From Longivirga aurantiaca (GTDB lineage: Bacteria > Actinomycetota > Actinomycetes > S36-B12 > CAIYMF01), in contig NZ_JBHSTI010000002.1 in NCBI RefSeq assembly GCF_042660085.1, positions 60,001 through 92,000 on the forward strand: a stretch of 32,000 nucleotides of DNA. Direction: 5' to 3'. Position 1 is the first letter of the stretch, and every line of letters starts with the position of its first letter. Shown one piece after another: positions 9,076 through 17,477 of the stretch. The translations under genes were made by a program, and so were the position numbers. The notes under the pieces were generated by a model, which made no database searches, was not told the origin of the DNA, and saw only the letters and a list, made by a program, of their open reading frames with translations.

Positions 9076-10405
9076 GAGTCATCTTGATCTCCGCTCGCAG
9101 GCGGCTTCGGGGAGGTCGGCTTCCCTGCCGGGGCTTCGCGGTCACGGTGGACGCCTGATCGCGAGCGAGGAGACGGCCGCCATCGTCGAGCACGTCCGCG
9201 CCGGCGGACCAGGAGCCATGAGGTGGGGTTCGGGGCAGCTCGGCCCGTCCGACACGCGATACCAGGCGCTCGACCCCGACCTTGCGGCTCGGGCGCTGGC
9301 CTCGCTGCCGTCGCCTACTCAGGCTCGGATGGAAGGGCTGGCTGATCGGATTCGATCAGACTGCCTCCTCGCGGCGGGTCGGGAACGGGAGCACGAGCTG
9401 TCGCCCGGGGTCCGGGTGGTGCACCGCCGGGTGGCTGTCGATCGAGTCGGCCTGTACTTGCCGTCGGGGGGCTCGACGATCGGCGCGGTCTCCAGTCTCC
9501 TGTGGTACGCCTTCTGCGCGCGGGCCGCTGGTGTGCGATCGGTCGCCGTCGCGATCGATCCCCGGTCCCCTGAGTCCATGCACCAACTCGTGATGGCGGC
9601 CTGCCACATCGCGGGAGCGCACGAGGTCTACTCCGTCGGGGGCGCCGAGGCCATCGCCCTGCTCGCGTACGGTTCTGGAGGCTGCGACCCGGTCGATCTC
9701 ATCGCTGGGCCGGATGACCAGGAAAGCCGGGAAGCGAAGTCCCTTGTTTCCCCGGACGTCGACGTTCTTCATGTGGCGAGGACCCGTGCCTTCGCCATCC
9801 TCGCCGATAGATGGGCGAACCCGAACCTGGTGGCGGCGGACATCGTCGACGTCGCCGAGGGGAGGTCGTGGCGCGACGTGTTCCTGGTGACTCCAGGTGA
9901 AGGATTCGCCGAGGACGTAGTTGTGGCGGTTCAAGCACGGCTTCGACTCGGTCAGACCCACGCTGACCACGGGGAAGCGGCTCGCGACCCCCTGGGAACC
10001 GTTGCTCTCGTTGATGACATGGAGCACGCGCTGGCCGTCGTCGATACCTGTGCTCCGATGGATGTGGCGATCCATTCGGCGTATGCCTGGTCCTACGCCG
10101 CGCGCATCAGGCGCGCCGAGACGGTGTACGTCGGGGCACATAGTCCCTTCGCTCTGCGAAGTCTCGGGCTGACGAGACCGCTGGTCTCCACGACTCCCCA
10201 GGGCACGTCGCGCCGGGAGGTCTCGCCGGGCGACTTCCTGCGCGACGCTCGAGTCGTCCACTGCACGAGGCAGGGGCTGGAGTCGCTGTCGGACGAGTGC
10301 GAGAGTGCGGCGCACGCCGACTCCGCGACACCGACGAGCGCCGCCGTCGCGGCCCGCTGGGAGACGTCGATCGCCCACTCACGGACGCATGATCGGGGCC
10401 GATGA
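9071..10405 (+). CDS. histidinol-dehydrogenase-family protein with apparently degenerate active site
   Basis: VGLYLPSGGSTIGAVSSLLWYAFCARAAGV...YSVGGAEAIALLAYG...DLIAGP...ILADRWANPNLVAADIVDVAEG... follows the HisD fold order, but the SQAEH, PEH and GDY..GTNH motifs are replaced (see finding). Confidence 0.7.
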   Translation: MLSHLDLRSQAASGRSASLPGLRGHGGRLIASEETAAIVEHVRAGGPGAMRWGSGQLGPSDTRYQALDPDLAARALASLPSPTQARMEGLADRIRSDCLLAAGREREHELSPGVRVVHRRVAVDRVGLYLPSGGSTIGAVSSLLWYAFCARAAGVRSVAVAIDPRSPESMHQLVMAACHIAGAHEVYSVGGAEAIALLAYGSGGCDPVDLIAGPDDQESREAKSLVSPDVDVLHVARTRAFAILADRWANPNLVAADIVDVAEGRSWRDVFLVTPGEGFAEDVVVAVQARLRLGQTHADHGEAARDPLGTVALVDDMEHALAVVDTCAPMDVAIHSAYAWSYAARIRRAETVYVGAHSPFALRSLGLTRPLVSTTPQGTSRREVSPGDFLRDARVVHCTRQGLESLSDECESAAHADSATPTSAAVAARWETSIAHSRTHDRGR

Positions 10406-10422
10406 CGCGTCGCCGGCCCCGA
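10393..10422 (+). terminator. hairpin spanning the HisD-like stop codon (possible terminator)
   Basis: TCGGGGCCG (10393-10401) pairs with CGGCCCCGA (10414-10422) around a 12-nt loop containing the TGA. There is no U-tract. Confidence 0.3.
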
Positions 10423-10614
10423 CGAAGCGGCGATGCGCTGCGCGCAACTGTGAAGATCCTCGCTCCTTCGCGGGTGTGATCGGCCCCGTAAGCCCTCCCA
10501 TCGCGGTCGGCCGGGCTCCCCACTCGTGACGCGCTGATCGCAGAGGACCCGGCGACTGCCGCTGACGCCGTCTCCCATCCCGGAGGACGGCTCGACCGCA
10601 GGCTGGGCTGTGCA

Positions 10615-10643
10615 TTGACACATGGCCTGTTACATGCCACAGT
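10615..10643 (+). promoter_or_regulatory. candidate promoter of the hydrolase-oxygenase operon with a CTGTTACA box in the spacer
   Basis: TTGACA (10615-10620), a 17-nt spacer containing CTGTTACATGC (10627-10637), then CACAGT (10638-10643). It lies about 30 nt upstream of the GTG 10672 start and its GGAGGG. Confidence 0.35.
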
Positions 10644-10671
10644 GCGAAATCGACACTGGAGGGTGATGTGA

Positions 10672-11523
10672 GTGGTTGAGGTACCTATGCCTGCGGCACG
10701 CGTTGTCGAGACGTCGGAGGCGGTGGTGTCCTATACGGATGTTGGCTCCGGTCCAGTCCTTCTGCTTCTGCATGGTGGCGGTCCCGGCGCGACAGGGCTG
10801 GGGAACTTCCGCGGCAACGTGGCCGACTTGGCCGACTCGTTCAGACTCCTCATCCCTGACCAGCCGGGCTTCGGTGCGTCAAGACTGAGCACGGACAGCG
10901 GCTTGCCTTACCCGGTGGTCTCGGCGAAGGCGATGATCGACCTGCTCGAGGCCCTCGGGATCGACCGAGCTCACGTGGTCGGCAACTCCATGGGTGGTGG
11001 AGTCGCCCTGCAGATGGCGCTCGCACGGCATGATCTCGTCGATCGGCTCGTCCTCATGGGCCCGTACCTGTGGGGCTTCGCACCTCAAGTTCTGTCCGCA
11101 GAGCCTGAGGGCGGGCCGCTGCTGAACAACTACTACCCGGACCCGACGCTGGAACGGGCCCGTCACTTGATCCGCACCTTCGTGTTCGACGCCGATCAGA
11201 TCCCCAACCTGGAGGAACTGGTCCGCGCTCGATACGAGGCGACCCTGGACCCGCAGGTCGAGGCGGGGTACATGCGCATGGTGACCTCGACGTCCCCCGA
11301 CCCCGACCCGCGCTCGGCGCTTGAGAAGGTGCGGAGCATCGACAACCAGACGTTGCTGTTGTGGGGCCGAGACGACAAGTTCTGCAACCTCGAGGACGCC
11401 TTCGCCTATCTGTCCGCCCTGCGGCACTCCGAACTCGTCGTGTTCCGCGACACCGGTCATTGGGTCATGGTGGAGCGCCGCACCGAGTTCGCGGCCCACA
11501 TGAAGGCTTTCCTCAACCGATGA
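10672..11523 (+). CDS. alpha/beta-fold MCP hydrolase, paralogue 2 (BphD/HsaD-like)
   Basis: HGGGPGATGLGNF, canonical GNSMGG nucleophile elbow, GRDDKF, TGHW. GTG 10672 lies 8 nt after GGAGGG (10658-10663); ATG 10687 is an alternative start. Confidence 0.85.
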   Translation: MVEVPMPAARVVETSEAVVSYTDVGSGPVLLLLHGGGPGATGLGNFRGNVADLADSFRLLIPDQPGFGASRLSTDSGLPYPVVSAKAMIDLLEALGIDRAHVVGNSMGGGVALQMALARHDLVDRLVLMGPYLWGFAPQVLSAEPEGGPLLNNYYPDPTLERARHLIRTFVFDADQIPNLEELVRARYEATLDPQVEAGYMRMVTSTSPDPDPRSALEKVRSIDNQTLLLWGRDDKFCNLEDAFAYLSALRHSELVVFRDTGHWVMVERRTEFAAHMKAFLNR

Positions 11524-11568
11524 ACCGCCTGTCCCGAGCACAGAAGTGTCGCCAACTGGAGGTGCCCC

Positions 11569-12795
11569 ATGACCATGCTTGACCCCACCGTAGGCGAACG
11601 TCGCGGCGCCCGAGTAAGCAGAGATGTCTACACCAGCGACGAGATCTACCGCTTGGAGAAGGAGCGGGTGTTCGGCCGCACCTGGCACTTCGCCTGCCTG
11701 ACAAGCGACCTCAAGAAGCCCGGTGACTTCTTCACGGTGACGGTCGCCGATCAGCCGCTCATCCTTCTTCGCGGCAACGATGATGTGATCCGGGCCTTCT
11801 TCAACGTGTGCACTCATCGAGCAGCAATCCTGACCGGACAGAAGTGCGGCAACTACGGCCGAGTGCTCAAGTGCATGTACCACGCGTGGGCGTTCAATCT
11901 CGAGGGAGAACTCGTCGGGGTGCCCTACGAGGAGGGCTACGGGCCTGACTTCGATCGCGGAGAGCTCGGCCTCGTCAGCGTCTCCGTGGACACCTTCTTC
12001 GATCTAGTCTTCGTCGCCATCAATCCCCGCGTTCCCTCGCTCGTCGACTATCTCGGGGAGATCGTCGACCACCTCGGCCCGTATGTTCAGGGCATCGAGG
12101 CGATCGGTAGGAACAGCTGGACGTATGAGGGCAACTGGAAGCTCTGGCACGAGAACTTCCGGGACAACTACCACCCCGAGTTCGCTCATCGCAACATCCA
12201 CGACATCATCCCGCACTACGCCGACCGCGGCGGCAACTGGGCGCTTGAGCCGGCACACTCGGTGCTCCAATGGGTGGCCGAGGCGCCCAACGCCAAGGCC
12301 TACATCCGAAGCCTTCGCCGATACAGCGGAGTCGAGTTCGCGGAGAACGACACACCCAGCTTCTCGAATCCCGAAGGCTTCCATGAAGCCCCGCAGGAGG
12401 TGCTGGCCGTCTTCCCCAACCTCGACGTCCAACCTGGCCCGAAGACTCGCGGTCGGGGCATGAAGGCCGGCTACATCCAGACGGTGACTCCGCTGAGTCC
12501 ATCCCGATCCCGGGTCGACATGGTCGTCTACTCGGCCGTCGACGATGATCCGGAGACGCGCGCGCGCAACCTCGAGAACCTCGCTGATTCGCAGGGCTCC
12601 TGGGGAAAGATCAGCGGGGACGACACCGAGGCCGCGCATCGCTGCCAGATGGGTGCGCAGGGAACCGGCACGCGGGAGAGCATCTTCACCCGTGGCGTCG
12701 CGCCCGGCAATGGCGGCCAAGACGCGGACCCGCGGGACGAATACTCCCTGCGCATCTTCTATCGCGCGTACGACGACTACCTCTCCGCGGAATAG
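11569..12795 (+). CDS. Rieske non-heme-iron aromatic ring-hydroxylating oxygenase, alpha subunit
   Basis: Rieske motif CTHRAAIL...CMYHAWAF, mononuclear iron motif NFRDNYHPEFAHRNIH, and GGAGG 6 nt before ATG 11569. Confidence 0.9.
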   Translation: MTMLDPTVGERRGARVSRDVYTSDEIYRLEKERVFGRTWHFACLTSDLKKPGDFFTVTVADQPLILLRGNDDVIRAFFNVCTHRAAILTGQKCGNYGRVLKCMYHAWAFNLEGELVGVPYEEGYGPDFDRGELGLVSVSVDTFFDLVFVAINPRVPSLVDYLGEIVDHLGPYVQGIEAIGRNSWTYEGNWKLWHENFRDNYHPEFAHRNIHDIIPHYADRGGNWALEPAHSVLQWVAEAPNAKAYIRSLRRYSGVEFAENDTPSFSNPEGFHEAPQEVLAVFPNLDVQPGPKTRGRGMKAGYIQTVTPLSPSRSRVDMVVYSAVDDDPETRARNLENLADSQGSWGKISGDDTEAAHRCQMGAQGTGTRESIFTRGVAPGNGGQDADPRDEYSLRIFYRAYDDYLSAE

Positions 12796-12839
12796 CGGCT
12801 TTGGCACCTCTGCGCACTACGGAACAGGACGGCCGACAC

Positions 12840-13325
12840 ATGTCTGATACGCGCTCGACCTCGGCGGCTCTCCGGAGCGAGCTCGAGGATTTCTATGCGC
12901 ACTACGCCGAGGCGATCGATCAGAAGCGCCCCAACGATTGGCTGAGCTTCTTCACGGATGAGGGAGTGAACGCGGCCGGCACGCACAACAACATCTCCAC
13001 GACCGGTATGTGGTGGTACGTCGATCGGGGGCTTGTCGATCTACGGGAACGGGCGGCGTACACCAACGGCTACCACTGGCACAACCCGGCCAAGACACTC
13101 CACGTGATCACGAACATCCGTGGCCATGAGCGTGACGACGCGGTGATCGAAGCCTCGGCCTACTTCGTGATGTTCGTCGCGGATCGTTCACAGGAGTCCC
13201 AGCTCCATGTCTGCGGTCGGTATGAGGACATGCTTGTTCGCCAAGGTGGGCGCCTCGTGTTCCAGGAGCATCGGGTAGTCATCGATGCCGAGACGGTTCC
13301 CCAGAACATGGGCGTCCTCCTGTGA
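12840..13325 (+). CDS. ring-hydroxylating oxygenase beta subunit (NTF2/SnoaL-like fold)
   Basis: About 161 aa directly after the alpha subunit: LEDFYAHYAEAIDQKRPNDWLSFFTDEG...YFVMFVADRSQESQLHVCGRYEDMLVRQGGRLVFQEHRVVID, typical of small subunits. The start ATG 12840 is chosen over the 12801 track start. Confidence 0.8.
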   Translation: MSDTRSTSAALRSELEDFYAHYAEAIDQKRPNDWLSFFTDEGVNAAGTHNNISTTGMWWYVDRGLVDLRERAAYTNGYHWHNPAKTLHVITNIRGHERDDAVIEASAYFVMFVADRSQESQLHVCGRYEDMLVRQGGRLVFQEHRVVIDAETVPQNMGVLL

Positions 13326-14218
13326 GGGCGGACGGCGCTCAGGCTGATAGCCCACGAGAGGTCGTGGCCTGTGGCTACATCGGGCTGTCGTGCAATGCGC
13401 TGCAGGATTGGCGCACCTTCGCCGCGGACCTCGGCATGCAGGTCAGCAGTGACTCGACCGAGACGAGACTCCTCCTTCGCGTGGACGAGAGGGCGTTCCG
13501 CGTAAGCGTCGAACCGGGTGAGGACGCCGTTCGCTACGTGGGCTGGGAAGTCGCCTCCGAGCAGGGCCTCGATCGGCTTGCGGTACGCCTGTCCGCAGCC
13601 GGGATCGAATGCACCGAGTCACCGGATCTGGCGATCGAGCGAGGAGTGGATCGCTTGATCCGCACGGCGGACCCCGGGGGCAATGTTCTTGAGTTCTTCG
13701 TTGGTGCGCGCATCGCCCGAGAGCCCTTCGTCTCCCCCACCGGGGCGGTGTTCGTGACGAGCCATCGAGGCCGAGGCGATCTCGGTTTCGGTCATGTGGT
13801 CGTGACCTTCGACGACTACGAGGCGGCGCGCCACTTCTACATCGATCTGCTCGGGTTCGATGTCAGCGACATCTGCCTGCTGGAGCAGCCGTGGCTGTTC
13901 ACGCGCGTGAACCCGAGACACCATTCCCTTGCCTTCGGACACGTGCCGGGTCAGTCCGCCTATCACCACTTCATGCTCGAAGTGACAGACGAGGACACCG
14001 TCGGTCGTGCCCTTGATCGCTTCATGGATGCGGGAGCTCCGCTGACCGCCGGCCTGGGCCGTCACACCAATGACCTGATGCTCTCGTTCTACGTCCGCTC
14101 GCCGAGCGGCATCGAGGTCGAGTACGGCTGCCAGGGCCGGCTCATCGACGACAACGCCTGGTCCACTGCTACCTATGAATCCGACCGCATCTGGGGTCAC
14201 CGTCGGCTGGGGGGCTGA
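13322..14218 (+). CDS. type I extradiol (catechol-cleaving) dioxygenase, two-domain VOC family (BphC/HsaC-like)
   Basis: Two VOC modules. GFGHVVV, HHSLAFGH, YHHFMLEV and LGRHTNDLMLSFYVRSPSGIEVEYG match the His/His/Glu iron-ligand regions of BphC-type enzymes. GTG 13322 overlaps the beta-subunit stop (GTGA). Confidence 0.85.
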   Translation: MRADGAQADSPREVVACGYIGLSCNALQDWRTFAADLGMQVSSDSTETRLLLRVDERAFRVSVEPGEDAVRYVGWEVASEQGLDRLAVRLSAAGIECTESPDLAIERGVDRLIRTADPGGNVLEFFVGARIAREPFVSPTGAVFVTSHRGRGDLGFGHVVVTFDDYEAARHFYIDLLGFDVSDICLLEQPWLFTRVNPRHHSLAFGHVPGQSAYHHFMLEVTDEDTVGRALDRFMDAGAPLTAGLGRHTNDLMLSFYVRSPSGIEVEYGCQGRLIDDNAWSTATYESDRIWGHRRLGG

Positions 14219-14277
14219 CTCGAGCACCGAGAGTGGTCGTCGGCTGCTTCAGGATCACCACAAGGAAGGCGAGAGAG

Positions 14278-14481
14278 TTGCGCGTATCGATAGACCTGAC
14301 GAGATGTGCCGGGTACGGGAACTGCGTGGATGCCGCGGAAGCCGTGTTCGAGATGAGCGACGTCGACGACATCGCCGTTGTACTCCTGGCGGAGCCTGGG
14401 CCGGACCTGTGGGAGTCCGTGAGGAAGGCCGCGCGAGTGTGCCCCGCCAACGCCATCGTGATCGATGAGGCTGACGAGTAG
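14278..14481 (+). CDS. small single-cluster ferredoxin (Cys pattern of actinobacterial [3Fe-4S] type)
   Basis: LRVSIDLTRCAGYGNCVDAAEAVF...ARVCPANAIVIDE has Cys spacing C-x5-C...CP. TTG 14278 follows AAGGAAGG (14263-14270); the track start 14233 adds 15 atypical residues. Confidence 0.75.
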   Translation: MRVSIDLTRCAGYGNCVDAAEAVFEMSDVDDIAVVLLAEPGPDLWESVRKAARVCPANAIVIDEADE

Positions 14482-14534
14482 CGAACGGGTGTCCACGTCC
14501 GGCCCGGCCACGCAACCTGTCTGAGGGATGTGAG

Positions 14535-15395
14535 ATGACGCTGTCGGACGACTCGCCATACAGCGAAGAGGGCACGAGCCGCTCCGTCGACTGGAGGGGT
14601 TCGGTCCTTCACTACCACGACGTCGGCGAGGGGGAGCCCATCGTCTTCCTCCACTCCTGGGGGATCGGGACGACGGCCTGGATCACCTGGAGCAAGGTCC
14701 TGAGGACCCTTGCTCCCCGGTTCCGCTGCCTTCTCCTGGACCTGCCGAACTTCACCCGGTCGGGTCCGATCTTCTCTGAGGAGTCGCGATACGACCTGCA
14801 GGCGTCGAGTGCGACAGCGCTCATGGACGCCCTCGGCCTAGAGCGCGCTCACATCGTCGGGAATTCGCAGGGTGCTCAGAGTGCGCTGCTACTGGCGACG
14901 AGATGGCCGCAGCGTGTGGACCGTCTGGTCGTCGGGGCGCATCACCTCGGAACGACCGGCGGCGAGTACCTTCTCGCGCTTGGCGAGGAGGAAGGGATTC
15001 GGCTCGGTCTTCGCGCGGAGGAGACTCCGACCCCCGACACCGTCCGTGCCTATCTTGAATGCCACCTTGATGACCATTCGTTGGTGACAGATGAGCTCAT
15101 CGAGTATCTGCTGCACGCACACGTCGAGAATCCGGCCATCGGAGTCGCACGAGAGTCGATGCAGTACGGCGAACCGCATGACCTCACCGGCGACCTGATC
15201 AACCTGGCGATCCCTACGCTCGTGATCTGGGGGAGGAACGATCGCGTCTGCCATGTCGAGATCGGCATTCGGACGATGAACCTCATCCCCGACAGCCGCT
15301 TGATCGTGATGAAGTCAACCGGGCACTGGCCTCCGTTCGAGCGCCCGGCCGAGTATGCCGATCACGTCGGCACGTTCCTGCAGGGAAGCTGGTGA
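14535..15395 (+). CDS. alpha/beta-fold hydrolase, third MCP-hydrolase-like gene (distant from the other two)
   Basis: FLHSWGIG, GNSQGAQ nucleophile elbow, GRNDRV and TGHWPPFERP; this is the same catalytic-triad order as the two paralogues. Confidence 0.8.
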   Translation: MTLSDDSPYSEEGTSRSVDWRGSVLHYHDVGEGEPIVFLHSWGIGTTAWITWSKVLRTLAPRFRCLLLDLPNFTRSGPIFSEESRYDLQASSATALMDALGLERAHIVGNSQGAQSALLLATRWPQRVDRLVVGAHHLGTTGGEYLLALGEEEGIRLGLRAEETPTPDTVRAYLECHLDDHSLVTDELIEYLLHAHVENPAIGVARESMQYGEPHDLTGDLINLAIPTLVIWGRNDRVCHVEIGIRTMNLIPDSRLIVMKSTGHWPPFERPAEYADHVGTFLQGSW

Positions 15396-15396
15396 A

Positions 15397-15426
15397 GATC
15401 CCCGCTCAGGGGATCCCCGCTCACGG
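15397..15426. repeat. 15-bp tandem direct repeat x2 just after the hydrolase stop codon
   Basis: GATCCCCGCTCAGGG (15397-15411) and GATCCCCGCTCACGG (15412-15426) match at 14/15. GGGGATCCCC at the joint is palindromic. Confidence 0.7.
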
Positions 15427-15533
15427 ACCTGGCCGAGGACCCTGTGCGACCCATGCAGTGTCCTCGACGTCGCACGTGATCTACATCGGCGAGAGGGACC
15501 GTCTCTTTGCGCCGACGAGCCTCGGAGGTTCCC

Positions 15534-15953
15534 GTGCCTGACATGAGCATCATCGATCGTGAAGAACTTCTTCAGCGCGTTCTCCTAGCGGTGCTCTCGG
15601 TGGAACGGGTGGAGGACGGGCCCCTCGTGGCACCGGTCTGGTACGAGTACAGACCGACCGGGCAGTTCCTCCTTCTCGTCCCTTCATGGTCGCCCAAGGC
15701 CGCCCTCATGCGCCGGTGGGGACGTGCCTCCTTGTGCGTCTACCAGGATGGCGAGCCCCAGCGCTACGTGTCCGCCACGGGTTCCGTCGAGGTCCGCGAG
15801 CTGGACGAGGCCGAGTGCTACGCCGCGATGCTGTCCATGGCCGTTCGCTACGAGGGGCACGAGCGCGGTACGGAGGCTGCCGGGAGGCTGGCCCAGGATC
15901 CCGTGTCCCTGGTAACACTGACACCCCACCGCTGGCATGCCCAGGTGTTCTGA
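15534..15953 (+). CDS. pyridoxamine-5'-phosphate-oxidase-like (PPOX / F420- or FMN-binding split-barrel) family protein
   Basis: The size (~140 aa) and LLAVLSVERVEDGPLVAPVWYEY...LLLVPSWSPKAALMRR...ASLCV resemble PPOX-class proteins. GTG 15534 lies 5 nt after GGAGG (15524-15528); ATG 15543 is an alternative start. Confidence 0.65.
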   Translation: MPDMSIIDREELLQRVLLAVLSVERVEDGPLVAPVWYEYRPTGQFLLLVPSWSPKAALMRRWGRASLCVYQDGEPQRYVSATGSVEVRELDEAECYAAMLSMAVRYEGHERGTEAAGRLAQDPVSLVTLTPHRWHAQVF

Positions 15954-16123
15954 GTCGAGCAGCAGCGTGACTGGGACGAGCGGGTCGGCATGACGCGTAG
16001 TGCCCTCGACGACGTGCCCACCGGATTCGTCGGACTCCAACTCGCGATCCGAAGCATCCGCATGCGCCAACGGCGCGGCCGTCCAACGATCGTCAACAGG
16101 CAACACAGCCCTGGGAGGGATAG

Positions 16124-17389
16124 ATGTCCACCAGCACCAAGCACGACGTCGTCGTGGTCGGAGCCGGTCTTGCCGGTCTGCGCGCCGCTCGCGACCTCGC
16201 GGATGCCGGACGCCGCGTGCTCGTACTCGAGGCGCGAGACCGTGTCGGCGGCCGCGGGTGGACGTCGGCCTTCCCAGGGATCAACATCTCGGTCGAGCTA
16301 GGTGGCTCCTTCTTCACCGAACACCATTCACTTGTCGCACAAGAGCTGAAGCGCTACGGCCTCGGCGTTCTCGAACAGATCGACCCGGTGTCGTCAACGC
16401 GCTGGCACACCGGAGGCCAACTGCGCCTCGACACGCCCTTCTCGGGCGACGACGCGGCAAGCGCGGCTGCCCTGCAGCGTATGAACGACGACGCTGCGGC
16501 TATGGCGTCCGGAACCCAAGACCCGCGCTTCGAGCTGTCTCTTGACGGCTACCTCGACGCGATCAACGCCCCAGAACCCATGCGTGACTTGGCCTACGGA
16601 TGGTGGTCGATCACCGGCGGCGGCGACCCAGCCATCGGCTGCGTCAACGGCATCCTCGGTTCGATGATCTCCGAAGGACCGATTGGAGAACTGCAACCGA
16701 AACTCCCTTACGCACCCGACCCGGGGTGGAGCGCGCTCGCCCTGGCCATGGCCGCTACGGACGGCGTCGACCTCGAGTATGGCCAAGCGGTGTCGCAGGT
16801 GTTCCACGACGACGTCTCGGTGAGCGTGCGCACGGTGGACTCGACGTTCACCGCTGCGGCCGTCGTGATGGCGATCCCCGTGACCACCTACTCACGTGTT
16901 CGCTTCTCACCGTCGCTGCCCGATCGGCTCGAGGACGCGTTCGGCTGCAGCGCCGGCCAGGCGTTCAAGGTCTGGATGCTGACCCGCGGCGTCCCTCACC
17001 GGGCGCTGGCCTTCGGGCTCGGTCGTGGCCTCAACTTGCTCTACTGCGACCGAGTTGTTGGCGACAACACCCTGGTCCTCGGGATCGGGTGGCCGGTCCC
17101 CGGCTTCGATCCATCCCGACGAGAAGACCTTGAGTGCGGGCTCCAGCACTTCTTCCCGGAGTCCGAGCTGCTCGCGCACGTCACGCACGACTGGCTCACT
17201 GACCCAGCGAGTCTGGGCACCTGGGTCAACCCGATTGCCGGTCAGTCGCAGCGACTGACCCCCGCGGCCTGGGCGCCGACCGGGCGCCTCGCGTTCGCCT
17301 CCTCCGACTTCGCCGCCGAGCACTCCGGCTGGTTCGAGGGCGCACTGGTATCAGGCACGGCCGCCGCGCGCGCCATCCTGGAGCTCTGA
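16124..17389 (+). CDS. flavin-containing amine oxidase (monoamine/polyamine oxidase family)
   Basis: N-terminal HDVVVVGAGLAGLRAARDLADAGRRVLVLEARDRVGGR (GxGxxG...E...R.GGR) and C-terminal FASSDFAAEHSGWFEGALVSG, typical of the amine oxidase family. GGGAGGG lies before ATG 16124. Confidence 0.85.
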   Translation: MSTSTKHDVVVVGAGLAGLRAARDLADAGRRVLVLEARDRVGGRGWTSAFPGINISVELGGSFFTEHHSLVAQELKRYGLGVLEQIDPVSSTRWHTGGQLRLDTPFSGDDAASAAALQRMNDDAAAMASGTQDPRFELSLDGYLDAINAPEPMRDLAYGWWSITGGGDPAIGCVNGILGSMISEGPIGELQPKLPYAPDPGWSALALAMAATDGVDLEYGQAVSQVFHDDVSVSVRTVDSTFTAAAVVMAIPVTTYSRVRFSPSLPDRLEDAFGCSAGQAFKVWMLTRGVPHRALAFGLGRGLNLLYCDRVVGDNTLVLGIGWPVPGFDPSRREDLECGLQHFFPESELLAHVTHDWLTDPASLGTWVNPIAGQSQRLTPAAWAPTGRLAFASSDFAAEHSGWFEGALVSGTAAARAILEL

Positions 17390-17392
17390 CGG

Positions 17393-17455
17393 CCCGTGGT
17401 GCCGATGACGCCCCACCGCTGGCATGCCCAGGTGCTCTGAGCCGGGCAGCGGTTC
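17393..17455 (+). pseudogene. orphan copy of the 3' end of the PPOX-like gene
   Basis: 17406-17441 (TGACGCCCCACCGCTGGCATGCCCAGGTGCTCTGAG) matches 15919-15954 at 34/36. It still reads TPHRWHAQVL-stop in frame. No upstream coding part is present; it starts right after the amine oxidase stop. Confidence 0.6.
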
Positions 17456-17477
17456 GATGGTGGTACTGAGCTTCGTG

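Noticed and set aside
15919-17441. Integron-like cassette interpretation (attC-like imperfect dyads flanking the amine oxidase gene)
   Set aside because: The repeat retains an in-frame coding reading and stop codon (TPHRWHAQVF/L-stop) with conservative changes. This points to a gene-fragment origin. No integrase, attI or GTTRRRY core was seen.
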